Shown here in pieces: positions 9,949 through 21,444 of a DNA stretch of 64,000 bases. Under the pieces are notes generated by a model. That model was not told where the DNA came from. It was given only the letters and a program-made list of their open reading frames with translations, and ran no database searches. A program made the translations under genes and the position numbers. Each line of letters starts with the position of its first letter. The first letter of the stretch is position 1. The stretch is from the IMG/VR virus record IMGVR_UViG_3300024503_000015, positions 186,001 to 250,000 of that record; one strand, written 5' to 3'.

Positions 9949-11178
9949 TTACCAAGTACCGCCAGTAAATGCTACTCTGACCCAAATATCGGCTGCGCCG
10001 GTTGTATAATCTGCAATACAGCGATAAATGTACGAATTTGTAATAATAACAGTTCCGGCAGCATCTCCAGATGCGCCCTTAGATGAAGTAGGTGCAGTGG
10101 CTGTACTTAATATTAAAGAATCGTTAAGTACAAAATTTCCGCTTACTAGTACACCGTCTCCGTCAAAACTTAGGGGAATTAGGTCATATGAGCTGGTTCC
10201 AGTATTGTAAACTTTAAAGTTTAAACCAGGACTTAGTGCAGGAATTAAGTTGGACTGTGTATATGCTTCTAACTTAACTAACTGCTCAGTTGTTGTACCG
10301 TTGTTTACTTTAAACTCCATAGCAGAGCCAGATCCTAGCAAATCTAATGCGCGACCATTAATTTCTAATGCTATAGGACGAGCGCCTGAAGTTGAAGTAT
10401 CAGTAACCTTTAATAATGTAGGGCTACCAGCAGTTGCATTAAACGTACCGACGCCAGTAACTGTTACATTTCCAAATGTAGAAGCACCTGTTACATCGAT
10501 ACCGTTTGAAAAATTAGTGTTAGGAGTTACAGTTAAATCCCCAGAAGTAGTAGTAATGGAACTTGTAACAACACCACCAGTAAAACTAGAACCAGTAATA
10601 GCGCCGCTAACAGCAAGACTAGTCAGCGTACCAACGCTGGTAATGTTTGTCTGTGCGGCAGTTAATACTGTTCCTGTTAAATTGCCTGATACATTACCAG
10701 TTACATTGCCTGATACATTACCAGTTACATTGCCTGTAAACGTACCTTTAACAACTTCTGCTGGAATTCTTCCGTTACCCGAATCAACAAGGAGAGTTGA
10801 GTCGCTTGCAAATACATTACCTTCAAGCCACCCATTAAAACCATTAGCATTAACTAGACCAGTAACATTCACGTTACCAACATAAGGAGTAGATGTTAAG
10901 TTAACAGCGGCACTAAAACTACCAATATTGTTGCCATCGTCAACATATGAAAAGTTTATATTTGTGTGTGTACCTGTTGCAAATACTGCCGCAACTGCAT
11001 CTCTTGCGTTTTCGTCTGAAAACGCAGTTACTGATTTGCCACCGGCTGTTCCGTCGATGCCGTTGGTACTGTCGCCTACATACACTTGCTGAAGTGTTGT
11101 ATCATAAATTAGTTCGCCTTCGAGGAATTTTCTTGCGGTTCTCTCAGCGGTTGTTCCTCTACGGATTTGTAATGCCAT
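9949..11178 (-). CDS. Tail fibre / receptor-binding protein
   Basis: N-terminal MALQIRRGT...GELIYDT...YVGD (Mtd/hyaluronidase-type N-terminal motif); GNVT/S repeats. Confidence 0.75.
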   Translation of the reverse strand: MALQIRRGTTAERTARKFLEGELIYDTTLQQVYVGDSTNGIDGTAGGKSVTAFSDENARDAVAAVFATGTHTNINFSYVDDGNNIGSFSAAVNLTSTPYVGNVNVTGLVNANGFNGWLEGNVFASDSTLLVDSGNGRIPAEVVKGTFTGNVTGNVSGNVTGNVSGNLTGTVLTAAQTNITSVGTLTSLAVSGAITGSSFTGGVVTSSITTTSGDLTVTPNTNFSNGIDVTGASTFGNVTVTGVGTFNATAGSPTLLKVTDTSTSGARPIALEINGRALDLLGSGSAMEFKVNNGTTTEQLVKLEAYTQSNLIPALSPGLNFKVYNTGTSSYDLIPLSFDGDGVLVSGNFVLNDSLILSTATAPTSSKGASGDAAGTVIITNSYIYRCIADYTTGAADIWVRVAFTGGTW

Positions 11179-11190
11179 TCTATTCTCTCC

Positions 11191-11772
11191 TTATGCTATG
11201 GGTCCAGCGTCTATACTTATAGGGCTCGGGTCGGTAAACGTGCCCATGTCCGTTCCAATTTCATTTAACAAATAAGTAATTGGATCGTAGTACGTAGGTG
11301 CAATGGGTCCATAGTCAAATGTATTTACCTGTCTATCTAAAAGTGTTACATCAACAAACGGGTTTTGAGTTGCAGTTCCGCCGTTTCTAATTAAACCTAC
11401 AACATTTCCAGTTAAAGTGCCAGAAAATGTAGTGGCTGTAACAGTACTAATGTTATTAATAGCCTGCCCATTAAAGTCAACTGTAGCCGTTGGATGTAAA
11501 TCTAACTGCAACACATCTCCTACTAATTGTAATCTTAGTGGTCCTAGCGCATCTAGTTTTCTAAGTTCTAGATTGCTGTCTGCGTTCTTTTGTTTAAAAA
11601 CACCTAGTCCTGAAGTGCCTATATTTTCAGCACTAACTGGAGCATAACCGTTGTTGTACAGATATTCAAAGTTAGTTTTAACTTTTTCAAAGGCTGTACG
11701 CAGGTCGTCCCCAGTACCGTCGTTGACGACATTTCCTAGGTTAATCTCTTGTAAATCATCATATAATGCCAT
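11191..11772 (-). CDS. Baseplate/tail protein with T4 gp9/gp10-like N-terminus
   Basis: INLGNVVNDGTGDDLRTAFEKVKTNF motif; start refined to MALYDD. Confidence 0.72.
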   Translation of the reverse strand: MALYDDLQEINLGNVVNDGTGDDLRTAFEKVKTNFEYLYNNGYAPVSAENIGTSGLGVFKQKNADSNLELRKLDALGPLRLQLVGDVLQLDLHPTATVDFNGQAINNISTVTATTFSGTLTGNVVGLIRNGGTATQNPFVDVTLLDRQVNTFDYGPIAPTYYDPITYLLNEIGTDMGTFTDPSPISIDAGPIA

Positions 11773-11782
11773 GTTATTTTCC

Positions 11783-14700
11783 TTAGAATCTACCAACAAC
11801 AATCTCAACTAGGCCTTCGCCTAAATCGTCTTTGTTCTCTAAACTCTTACCAATAATAGTTCCTACAGATGGAGTATTATTAACTATTGCGTAACCTTTC
11901 TTAGCCGCAGTAACTAGAATATCACCTTTCTTAACCTTACCAAGTACTTTACATGGCAAGCGTCCTGTTAGGCCTACTGCTAGTGGATGTTTTCCTGCTA
12001 AATCAGAGTTCATCAAATGCGCTGGTTTTTCAGAAATAACACCAGCAACTCTAGTATCGTTATGTTTGTCAGTGACTGTAATTTCTTCATCACCACCAAA
12101 TACTACAACAGTACCAGTTTCATATTCTGCATCTGACAAGTATTTTTCAGCCAAGTCAGCGTAACGAGCACTTGTAGCAGTACCATTGAATAATGTTGCG
12201 TATAGTGTGTCGGTAAATGGATTACAATAAATGCCGCCTGTGCCATATACACTATTACCGCTACCCCATAACATTTGATATGTGCTGTTACTATCGTTGT
12301 TATAGTTAATTGTAACTGTACTTGCATTACCTGCAATGTTCATTGACTGTCCGCTAATGAACGAAGCAACTTTTGCGGCTGTAGCAGAGCGATAGTAGTT
12401 ATCGCCAAACTTAGCCATTATGTATGTAATGGTGCCACCACTTACATCGTCGCTACTGTTAAAGTAACTGCTGTTAATATAACGTCCGTTGAAGTCACCG
12501 TTAACGTCACGTGCAACTAATGTGCTTCCTGTGGCCGCACTTGTTGCGTTAGTTTGGATTGTACGTGTTGTACTACCATCGTAACTTGAACCAGCAGTGA
12601 AACTTAGGTATGTGCTTAGACCCAGTGTACCAGCCAATGTACCAGTAACAGCACCGTAGATAGTTCCACCAACACGTAGGTCGCCACTGATACCTGCACC
12701 GCCTGTAACCTGTAATGTACCAGTACCGTTGGCAGCACCTGTTACTGCTTGGTTAGCAGTTAAGGTTACTGTATCGTTAGCAGACAACAATTTAAAATAA
12801 CCATTACCTCGAGTAGTTGCACCAATGTTTACGTTGTTTATTGATCCGACACTGGCCGGAGCAATAGTTACAGTACCGGTACCACTTGGACTTAGTGTTA
12901 CGTTAGCATTAGCAGGACTAAATGTTGTAGTGCTTGCTGATGTTATTGCGTTTGCACTTAAAGTACCAACTGTGGTAATAGTTGTGCCTGCTGAAGTAGT
13001 TCCAACTGCTGTTAAGAAGTCTACAGCACCGGGTGTAGTCATAGTCAGTGTAGTTCCGCTGACGCTTAAGGTCTTATAACTACTTGAAGTTAAGTCTAAC
13101 TGTGCTACAGCAACACGGCCGCTACCATCAGATTGTATCAATGAACTAGCCTGAGCACTTGTACTAATGTTTGTTGTACTGTAAGCGTTTGGACCAATAG
13201 CAGTTAAAATCATTGCACGACCATTGCTACCTACTGATCCTGGAGCAAATGACGCATTCTTAATACCATCGCCGTTGGTAACAATCTGTCCAGATGTTAC
13301 TTGACGAGGATATGTAGCACTGCCTGTATTATTACCTAAATAAGTGTCGTTGGCAATATACTGTAATTTAGTTTGTAATACACCTGTAGTTGTTGAACTG
13401 GATGTTTGCAACTCAATCCAACCGTTAGTTGCAGTAAATTCTGTACTCTTGAAACTTGCTAGACCCAAATCTGCCTGTGCAATACTTGTAGCATTTGCAC
13501 GAGTAGTTGCTTTATTCATGTCTAACTTACTTTGTGCAATAGCCGCACTAGAATTAACGTCTGCGTTAATAATTACATTAGACTTGATGTTTAAAGCAAG
13601 ATTTTTAGTTCCAGGAGTCAATGAAGTTTGAATATCGCCTGTGCTAACTGTTTCAGCGTTGATCCATTTAACTCCGTTATAAACTAATAAATCATTTAAA
13701 CTTCTTGCTGGACTTGTTGAAGTATCAACTCTGTCATCGCTTAGTTCTTGATTTCTAACATATAACTTGTTAGCCGCATCTGTATCAGCAGTAGGACTAC
13801 CTAAGTTAGCAATAACAAATCCGCCCATGTCCATTGGATCTGGACCAGTAAATGTTAACAAACCAGCACGATCCATGTAGCCTGGACCAATTAGTGCAGT
13901 TGGATCTAGAACGTTATTTGTACGATCCATTCCAAGACGTCTGTCAATGTAACCTTGTGTTGCCGCTTCAGTTGGTAGCGCATCGTTAGCACCGTCAGTA
14001 AATCTATCATCGTTTGAGAATTCACTAACTGTAACACCACGCTTAAATCCTAGACCGTCTAAGTTTGACAACGCAATAGATGCCGCAAACGTTACACGAC
14101 CAGTACCTTGGTCAACTGTAAAGAATCGACCTACACGGAAAATACCGTCTTGGTCTGTGGTTACATAGAAACAACGTCCTCTTGTACGTTCTGTAACTTC
14201 ACGTGCTTGGTTAGGTTCTTTTGGAGCACCGTAAATCTTGCTTGGGAAGTTAGTATCGTTATAGCCTCCAGTACCAATGTCTAAGAAGTCATGTCCTGTA
14301 ACACGGCAAGTACTAATACGTACAATAACTTCTGCTGGCTCTGTGCTAGATAAACCTGCACGTAATGTTGGAGGTTCAGAAATATCCAAGTTAAAGTCTG
14401 GATCAACTGGTGTATTAATACCGCTAGCAGATGTTCCTGCTAGACACTTATCAGCGACATCTTCTATTTCAACATAAGCGTAACCGGCTAATAACCCCAT
14501 GTCAGTGTAACTTAAAATTTTATGAATCTTGCCATCCCAGGCAGTAATCATATCTCCGGTATTAAGTCTGCTTTCAATGTCAGTTTCGTTTACACGGTCG
14601 ATGGCAATCTTAGTATCACCAGCAGTCGACCCCATAGTCTGTCCAACATTATCTGGATCAGCGTTAGATACATTTTCTGCATTGACTAGTAATTTTACAT

Positions 14701-17700
14701 AATCGTAAGTTGTATCGAAGCCTAGAATACTTTCGTCTACCGCAAGGTCTTCATTTAATGGACCTTTGTTACCGTATGCTAACACACGATAAACAATAGC
14801 ACCTGCATCGGGATCACCGACGAATGTCAATGCAGTACTTGGACGAACCGGGTTAGTGTCATCGACTTCGTAGAACTTAAAGTTTTGGTTACTGCGAATA
14901 ATAATTGGTTGGTCATGTGACAATGCTACGGCCAAGCCGTTTGTAGCAGTATCATTATTACCGCCAGTGTTGATGTTTAGACGTAGAACGTTGCCTAGGC
15001 CCCATAGGCTAGCCAAACCGCCTGCCCATGTTCCAGGATTGGTACTGTACTCTAGTGTAACACTAGATGTTGTACTAGCGGTAGCAGTATATACACCGTT
15101 AAACCCAGAAGTTGTTGATCCACTAACTGTGTAAGGTACACCAATTCTTGGTGTATATGGTTCAGCAGTGAACGAATATGTTACGTAATATTTTCCGCCT
15201 GTTGGCCCAGTCTTAAGTGGTGTTCCAGAAACAGACTGTGCCAAGGTACTTGAAACATCAGTTACACCTGCAACTTCGTAACGAGCAATACCGTTACCAA
15301 TAATAGTTTTAACAGTGATAAAGAAGCCCGAACCTGTTCCGCCTACGTTTGTATTACTGCAACTTAAAATATCACCTTCGCTGTATCTAATACCTGCGGC
15401 AACTAAACCTACAGTAGTTACTACACCTCCTGACACAACAATGTTAGCAGTGATACCACTACCAGTTCCGCCTGTTAACGGAACATTAATATATGTGCCG
15501 TTGGTATAACCACTACCACCGATTAAACTAGTTGCGTCTAGTTCTGTAACAACGCCAGCGCCGTGGTTAATTTCAACTTCAGATACGTTGTATGGTGAGT
15601 AATCATGTTGGTAGAAAAATACCTGTAAATCACCAACATCGTTGTCTGTGCTATAAATTCCTTGTTTGTAAACACGAGCAACCTGCATCATGTTGTCTGA
15701 CAAGTTACACTTATCTGGAACTTCTAATGGATCACTACCTTCAGAAATAATACCATACTCGCCGTGTGCGTTAGAACCGTTCAATGAACGAATCTGTCCA
15801 CCGTTGTTGGCATAATAAGCAGTCCAGCAATAGTAACTGAACACAGAAACTGTTTCAATCAAACCAATGTTTGTAGCAACCAGTCCATAACCTAAGTCGT
15901 TAATCTGTGTAAAGTCATTTGAACACATACTGGTGTTACCAGCACTTAGTAGCATAAAGTCTTTTACATACTCTATGGTAGTAGTGCCAGTGCCAAATGC
16001 ACCCGGGTCACTTGGATAACGTAGTGTCATCGAAGTTAGTGTAGATGCTACACACTCTACAGCATCATTGTTATAGTTAGAGTTGCTGTTGCCAAACACT
16101 CTATAACGTGTTTTAGTTCTAGGAGCAGTAGTTCCAACGGGCGTAACAATGCTGAATACTACATCGTAAGATCCATCCCCGACGCCCGAGTCTGCCTTGC
16201 TAGTGAAGGTAGAAATAGTATATTCTAAGTCGTTAGTTACAGGAGTAGTTGTAGAAAGAACTAATCTGTATGTTGGGTAAACGATAGGTTTGGCACCAGT
16301 TAATACTGTTGAAACATCTACTTCCGGGTCTGTAATAACTTCGTTTAATAAATCAAACAACTGTCCTGCTCGTGTAACAAATGCAGAGCCGTCGTAGTCA
16401 GAACTGAATACCTGTGATACTCTATTCTCTACAGCAACATCGTTAATAACTTGATAATTTAATGTTGGTGGAACTTGATTCAATACAGCCTGTGCAACTT
16501 CCTTGGCATAGGCAAATGAATCTAATGTTTGTGATAATTGATTTTCTAATACAACACGGCTACTAGCAGTACCTACATAGTAACGCTGTGCGGCACGAAT
16601 TGTTAAGTATGTTCCGCCATATAACAAGTCTGCTGAAACTGCGGCAACAATAAAGCCAACGTCTCGTGAACAAATTTCTTCATTGTAAACTAATGTGTTT
16701 GTATAATTAGCATCGATATAATTTGTTACAGCAGTTTGTAAAGTTGACTTAGCACTTTGTAGTGCAGAATTTGCACCAGTTAAGCCAGCACTTACCCAAG
16801 CAGTACTTGGAGTAATTGTTGAAGGAACAGAACCGAGCCCAAGGTCGATAATTGTTAAAATTTCTCCAATACGCTGTCCAGCAGTAGCACTGGCAGAACT
16901 GTTACCTGGAGTACCGCGAACCTGCGCAACACCACCTTGTAATGCAGTAATAGGTAAGTCTAATGCAATGTCTTCAACTAGACTTTGTAGATAACCATAT
17001 GCGGCCAATGTTGCTGGTTTCTCAGGAGCCGCAACTTGTAGAGTTGTGTAAGAATAATAAGCCTTACCAGCAATCAATGTTTGAATGTTACCACCGTAGG
17101 TTAGGTCGTGATATAGTGCATCTAAAATGTATTCTGTATCACGTAAGCATACAGCAGGGTCATAACTTAATCCAACATAGTTGTTAGAAATATATTGAAT
17201 TACTTCTGCTTTAATAAATTCTCTGTTAGATTCAATCAGTGTTCTAGCACGATTATAATTTACATCGTAGCCTGTTGGATCAGGAGTTACGATTGCAGGT
17301 TCTTGAGTTAGTCCGTTAGTAATAACATCTAAGAACATATTCATGTTGGTAGTTACACTAGTAACTGCGGTAGCACTTGCACTAACAACAGATAATATTT
17401 CATCTCTTAAGAAAGTAAATGCGTCAATAGTTGCGGCTTTTTGTACGCCAACAGCCACAGCGGCTGAAGCTCTGTAATAAGATCTTGCCGCTGTAATTGT
17501 CTGGAAGTTGCCGCCAAACATTAAGTCGTAACCAATAGCATCAATTACATAACCCACGTCACGTTGACATGTAGCAGAATCATAGGTAAATCCTACATAT
17601 TTGTTGTTAATGTAGTTAATAACTTCTGCTTTGATAAAATCTTTATTATCGACTAACAATGCACGAGCACCACGAGCACTTGGCGGATTTTCTAAAATGC

Positions 17701-20700
17701 CAATGAACTCGTCAAACAAATCTTGAATAGTTGCTTCTGCTAAGCCGCCATCGGTAATATCGGTATCGATATACTGTAGAACAGATTGTTGATATCGTAC
17801 TGTTGGATCTTCGTTATTAATAACATTTAATATCAATGTTTCAATGTAGTTAATAGCCGCAAGTGTGTTGGCCAACTGCTGGTCAATAACAATCTTAGAA
17901 CTAGCACTAGCATTGAAGTATGCTAGAGCTGCCTGAACTGTTTTTAAATTACCGCTATAATAAATGTCGTGTGCAATAGCATCGCAGATGTATCCAGTGT
18001 CACGAGCACAAGTATCTTGGTTGTAACTATATCTTTGTTGTAGATAAACTAATGTGTCAGACTTGATACTTTCTTTGTTGTTTAACAATAATGTTCTGCT
18101 GTCTGTTAACGAACCAGACACACTATAGAAAGTTGGATATTCAATAGTAGGAGCCGCTTCACGTCCGCTTAAAATAATAGTATTAATGTAGCCCATTAAC
18201 ACACCTACTCTAGCAGATTCAGTTGCGCTACCTGGATTAACTAAATCAAATACCTGTGTTACAGCACTTTGTTTAGGGAACGGAACAGGAGTATTAGTAA
18301 CAACTAACTGTGCAACACCACTGGCATAGGCCAATGCTTCTGTGGTTTGCAATGTTTGTCCAGGAATTTGCAAACTTCCGTTACCATCGTAATATTGATA
18401 TCCGGCTTCTACAGTTGCCGAGTTACCTTCATATAGTAAGTCGTAAACAATAGAATTTAAAATGTATGCCGCATCTCGACGACACTTGTCTTCGTCGTAG
18501 ACAAAGTCTGGATATTCTTCAGCAATCCAGGCAATAATTTCTTCTTTAATAAATTCAATGTTATCTAAAATAAGATTTTTTGCATTTACTCTTGAAGTAG
18601 GAGCACCTGACGGATCTGACCATGTAATTGTATCTGATGAAATAATACCGTTAGCAATGATATCTGTTATCTCATCAAAACTTGCTTCTGCTCTTAGACG
18701 TGCAACAGAGTTACCGGCTAATACATCAGAAATTAATGTTCTTGTATAGATTAACGCATCTAAGTATTCATCTTTTTGGTCTGGAAGAATACTGTATTGT
18801 GTGCCGCGATAGTATGATTGTCCAGCACGTACAGCATTAAAGTTTGTACCTAGTGCTAGATCGTAACCTAGTGCATCAACAATCAATCCAACGTCACGAG
18901 CACATTTGGTTTCGTTGAATGTAAATGGTGGACTTAGTTCTGTATTAATATAACCAATAACTTCTGCTTTGATAAAGTCGATGTTTCGACGAATTAATTT
19001 TCTAGCATTTCCATAGCCGTTGCCGTCATCAGTGTATGCTTCAACTTTAAAAGTTCTTCCGTCAATAACAAATGAGCAAGGAGTTGTTGGAGCACGTTCA
19101 CTGCCTGTTACTAGGAATTCTGTGTCGCTGATTTTTTCTTGAATCTTAAGAGGAACGTTACCAGCAAAGCCGTCAACATACTGTCCACCAGCAAAACGTT
19201 GTTTGTTTAGTGATCCTGCAAAAGAACCGGACTGTTGAATATATGCAGACTTGGTTAAAATTTGACCTTCTGGGTCAAGTACCATCATAAAGCCGCCGTG
19301 GCCTTGACAGGTAATCTGACGAATAATAACAGCATCGTTACATAAGAATACGTCAAGGTCTCTGTTGTTCTTTGGTTCACTTAAAATATCAGACGGGTCT
19401 GTTAGATAGTGATAACCGTATTCTGTGCTGGTTAAAGTTAATCCGTCAAATGTTTTATCTCTACGGAACCAAACGTCAACCCATGGACTGCGACTTGGGC
19501 GGTCCGCTGGACGAACAATACATCTACGCAATTCGTCACCAACGATAGCAACGTTTGGCGGGACACGAATTGGATAGTCTTCAAAATAGATACCAGATTC
19601 AACAACAATACTAATTTGGATATTTTTAACTGCTTGGTCAAACTCTAGGTTTTCGCCAGGCACAAAATCACCAATAACATCCTGCAAGTCAAAATAGTCT
19701 TCGCCGATACTTGAACTACCATCGGAGCCATAGTATTGATAAATGAAACCCTGTGCGCCGCTGGTACGTCCAACAACAATCTTACCGGAGACAATATCTG
19801 GTTTTGGTAATTGACCTTGGTCAACACGAGAACCACCGTTGTTAGTAAAGTAAACACGAGTAGTACCAGATGCACCAGATTCAATTCTTGTAACTTCAGA
19901 GAACGCTTCACCGCCACCGTAGGCAATTAACTGACGATAAGGACCAGTTTCCCATGGTGCATCATTTACTAATTGTTCTGCTTTTTGACAGGCTTTGTTA
20001 ATACTTGCATAAGCATAAGAACGATCGCGTCCTTCTTTTCCACGCGGTGTACGTGCCTGTGTGTCGTCACCGCCTGTGGTAACGTACAAGTTAAATCTGC
20101 TTGAATAACTTGAATTATCTACATAATATTTTGTAGCGGCTTGTAAGTCATCTTCTCCGTTAGGCGTACCAGCACCTGCAAGTCCGCCTGGATGATCTGC
20201 TAAGTTTAGCACACCAGTCATATCGCCGCCAGTTTTTAATACAACTTCTGCGGCACGTGGTGCTTGGTTACCTGTGGCGTTTGCTGGCACATTTAAGTGA
20301 CCAGTCATTGTGTCGCCTGTAATGTTTACATATTTGGAGTCGGCATAACCTTTGTTAATAGCAAAGGAATCTATGCTATAAAGAGTTTCGTGCTGTGTGT
20401 TGAAACTATTAACAGCAGTTTGGAAATCTGTTTGATTAATAGGACTGCGTAAGCCGCCGATTAATTGATTACGTGCATCCAGCGCATATTGTAATTTTGG
20501 TAATGGGTCGTCCTGTAATTTAGAACTTAATGTATCAATTTTAACGGAACCGTAACTGGTAATAGTACCAGTTGCCGCACTAGTTGATAAGTTTGTTCCT
20601 GCGTTTGTATATACTAGAACATTGTCTACTGTGCCAGTTAACAATAGGGCAGAAGTAGTGTTAAATGAAGTATTGTCTGTGGACGCGATTGTAACTCGTT

Positions 20701-21061
20701 GTCCAGGATCTAAATTGTGGTTTGCTGAAAGTGTAATAGTGGCAACGTTGCTACTTCTTGATACACTAACAATATCAAAGGTTTCTTGCTCGGAATAATC
20801 AAACTGGATAGTACCGTTAGGACTGAAAAAGTCTTTGAATACTAAACTAGTACCAATAGAATTAACTACTGGAATCTTATTACCTTGTCCTACTAATGTA
20901 TCAGGAGTATCGCTAAGGTCAGTGAACTTTAAAAATCCGCCTTGACCGAAAACAGCATATAACTCTTGGAAGTTTTCATTCGTTTTTCTAAACGCTTCAC
21001 GGATACTATCACCAGTTCCGTCATTACCTGATACGCCGATGTCGACTATTTTACGTGCCAT
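11783..21061 (-). CDS. Giant (~3100 aa) virion tail/baseplate protein
   Basis: gp9/10-like N-terminus (IGVSGNDGTGDSIREAFRKTNENF); six internal CxRD repeats; beta-rich regions; C-terminal YADLAEKY...GTVVVFGG domain common in tail fibres. Confidence 0.85.
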   Translation of the reverse strand: MARKIVDIGVSGNDGTGDSIREAFRKTNENFQELYAVFGQGGFLKFTDLSDTPDTLVGQGNKIPVVNSIGTSLVFKDFFSPNGTIQFDYSEQETFDIVSVSRSSNVATITLSANHNLDPGQRVTIASTDNTSFNTTSALLLTGTVDNVLVYTNAGTNLSTSAATGTITSYGSVKIDTLSSKLQDDPLPKLQYALDARNQLIGGLRSPINQTDFQTAVNSFNTQHETLYSIDSFAINKGYADSKYVNITGDTMTGHLNVPANATGNQAPRAAEVVLKTGGDMTGVLNLADHPGGLAGAGTPNGEDDLQAATKYYVDNSSYSSRFNLYVTTGGDDTQARTPRGKEGRDRSYAYASINKACQKAEQLVNDAPWETGPYRQLIAYGGGEAFSEVTRIESGASGTTRVYFTNNGGSRVDQGQLPKPDIVSGKIVVGRTSGAQGFIYQYYGSDGSSSIGEDYFDLQDVIGDFVPGENLEFDQAVKNIQISIVVESGIYFEDYPIRVPPNVAIVGDELRRCIVRPADRPSRSPWVDVWFRRDKTFDGLTLTSTEYGYHYLTDPSDILSEPKNNRDLDVFLCNDAVIIRQITCQGHGGFMMVLDPEGQILTKSAYIQQSGSFAGSLNKQRFAGGQYVDGFAGNVPLKIQEKISDTEFLVTGSERAPTTPCSFVIDGRTFKVEAYTDDGNGYGNARKLIRRNIDFIKAEVIGYINTELSPPFTFNETKCARDVGLIVDALGYDLALGTNFNAVRAGQSYYRGTQYSILPDQKDEYLDALIYTRTLISDVLAGNSVARLRAEASFDEITDIIANGIISSDTITWSDPSGAPTSRVNAKNLILDNIEFIKEEIIAWIAEEYPDFVYDEDKCRRDAAYILNSIVYDLLYEGNSATVEAGYQYYDGNGSLQIPGQTLQTTEALAYASGVAQLVVTNTPVPFPKQSAVTQVFDLVNPGSATESARVGVLMGYINTIILSGREAAPTIEYPTFYSVSGSLTDSRTLLLNNKESIKSDTLVYLQQRYSYNQDTCARDTGYICDAIAHDIYYSGNLKTVQAALAYFNASASSKIVIDQQLANTLAAINYIETLILNVINNEDPTVRYQQSVLQYIDTDITDGGLAEATIQDLFDEFIGILENPPSARGARALLVDNKDFIKAEVINYINNKYVGFTYDSATCQRDVGYVIDAIGYDLMFGGNFQTITAARSYYRASAAVAVGVQKAATIDAFTFLRDEILSVVSASATAVTSVTTNMNMFLDVITNGLTQEPAIVTPDPTGYDVNYNRARTLIESNREFIKAEVIQYISNNYVGLSYDPAVCLRDTEYILDALYHDLTYGGNIQTLIAGKAYYSYTTLQVAAPEKPATLAAYGYLQSLVEDIALDLPITALQGGVAQVRGTPGNSSASATAGQRIGEILTIIDLGLGSVPSTITPSTAWVSAGLTGANSALQSAKSTLQTAVTNYIDANYTNTLVYNEEICSRDVGFIVAAVSADLLYGGTYLTIRAAQRYYVGTASSRVVLENQLSQTLDSFAYAKEVAQAVLNQVPPTLNYQVINDVAVENRVSQVFSSDYDGSAFVTRAGQLFDLLNEVITDPEVDVSTVLTGAKPIVYPTYRLVLSTTTPVTNDLEYTISTFTSKADSGVGDGSYDVVFSIVTPVGTTAPRTKTRYRVFGNSNSNYNNDAVECVASTLTSMTLRYPSDPGAFGTGTTTIEYVKDFMLLSAGNTSMCSNDFTQINDLGYGLVATNIGLIETVSVFSYYCWTAYYANNGGQIRSLNGSNAHGEYGIISEGSDPLEVPDKCNLSDNMMQVARVYKQGIYSTDNDVGDLQVFFYQHDYSPYNVSEVEINHGAGVVTELDATSLIGGSGYTNGTYINVPLTGGTGSGITANIVVSGGVVTTVGLVAAGIRYSEGDILSCSNTNVGGTGSGFFITVKTIIGNGIARYEVAGVTDVSSTLAQSVSGTPLKTGPTGGKYYVTYSFTAEPYTPRIGVPYTVSGSTTSGFNGVYTATASTTSSVTLEYSTNPGTWAGGLASLWGLGNVLRLNINTGGNNDTATNGLAVALSHDQPIIIRSNQNFKFYEVDDTNPVRPSTALTFVGDPDAGAIVYRVLAYGNKGPLNEDLAVDESILGFDTTYDYVKLLVNAENVSNADPDNVGQTMGSTAGDTKIAIDRVNETDIESRLNTGDMITAWDGKIHKILSYTDMGLLAGYAYVEIEDVADKCLAGTSASGINTPVDPDFNLDISEPPTLRAGLSSTEPAEVIVRISTCRVTGHDFLDIGTGGYNDTNFPSKIYGAPKEPNQAREVTERTRGRCFYVTTDQDGIFRVGRFFTVDQGTGRVTFAASIALSNLDGLGFKRGVTVSEFSNDDRFTDGANDALPTEAATQGYIDRRLGMDRTNNVLDPTALIGPGYMDRAGLLTFTGPDPMDMGGFVIANLGSPTADTDAANKLYVRNQELSDDRVDTSTSPARSLNDLLVYNGVKWINAETVSTGDIQTSLTPGTKNLALNIKSNVIINADVNSSAAIAQSKLDMNKATTRANATSIAQADLGLASFKSTEFTATNGWIELQTSSSTTTGVLQTKLQYIANDTYLGNNTGSATYPRQVTSGQIVTNGDGIKNASFAPGSVGSNGRAMILTAIGPNAYSTTNISTSAQASSLIQSDGSGRVAVAQLDLTSSSYKTLSVSGTTLTMTTPGAVDFLTAVGTTSAGTTITTVGTLSANAITSASTTTFSPANANVTLSPSGTGTVTIAPASVGSINNVNIGATTRGNGYFKLLSANDTVTLTANQAVTGAANGTGTLQVTGGAGISGDLRVGGTIYGAVTGTLAGTLGLSTYLSFTAGSSYDGSTTRTIQTNATSAATGSTLVARDVNGDFNGRYINSSYFNSSDDVSGGTITYIMAKFGDNYYRSATAAKVASFISGQSMNIAGNASTVTINYNNDSNSTYQMLWGSGNSVYGTGGIYCNPFTDTLYATLFNGTATSARYADLAEKYLSDAEYETGTVVVFGGDEEITVTDKHNDTRVAGVISEKPAHLMNSDLAGKHPLAVGLTGRLPCKVLGKVKKGDILVTAAKKGYAIVNNTPSVGTIIGKSLENKDDLGEGLVEIVVGRF

Positions 21062-21131
21062 TGAATACTCCAAAAAAGACTTTGTATCCAATATTTAGCA
21101 GATAATTTTATAACCTTAATGTAAATAACTG

Positions 21132-21419
21132 ATGTTCATACGTATAGATACAGAAAAAAGTCAGCATACACGAACTAGTAAACTTGGTCGTGAGCATACT
21201 TATGAACGTAAAAAAACTATTGTAGTCCTGCGCTGTGATAACTGCGGTGAAACATTTACTAGGACTAAAGGATCAATGGATCCTAATAGGTTAAACAATA
21301 ATTTCTTTCACTGTTGCCCTAGTTGCGATCCTAAGAGATTTGCACAGAAAAAAGGTGCAGAACGCAAAATCATATGGGATAAGACTGTTTCGAGCCTGGA
21401 TGATATTAGTAAACTATAA
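21132..21419 (+). CDS. Hypothetical zinc-binding protein
   Basis: CDNC...CCPSC motifs; TAAATA motif upstream. Confidence 0.65.
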   Translation: MFIRIDTEKSQHTRTSKLGREHTYERKKTIVVLRCDNCGETFTRTKGSMDPNRLNNNFFHCCPSCDPKRFAQKKGAERKIIWDKTVSSLDDISKL

Positions 21420-21444
21420 ATATTTGCTCATGGAGGACACTAGA

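Noticed and set aside
10690-10745. Short tandem nucleotide repeat (GNVT/GNVS)
   Set aside because: Ordinary fibre-protein coding repeat.
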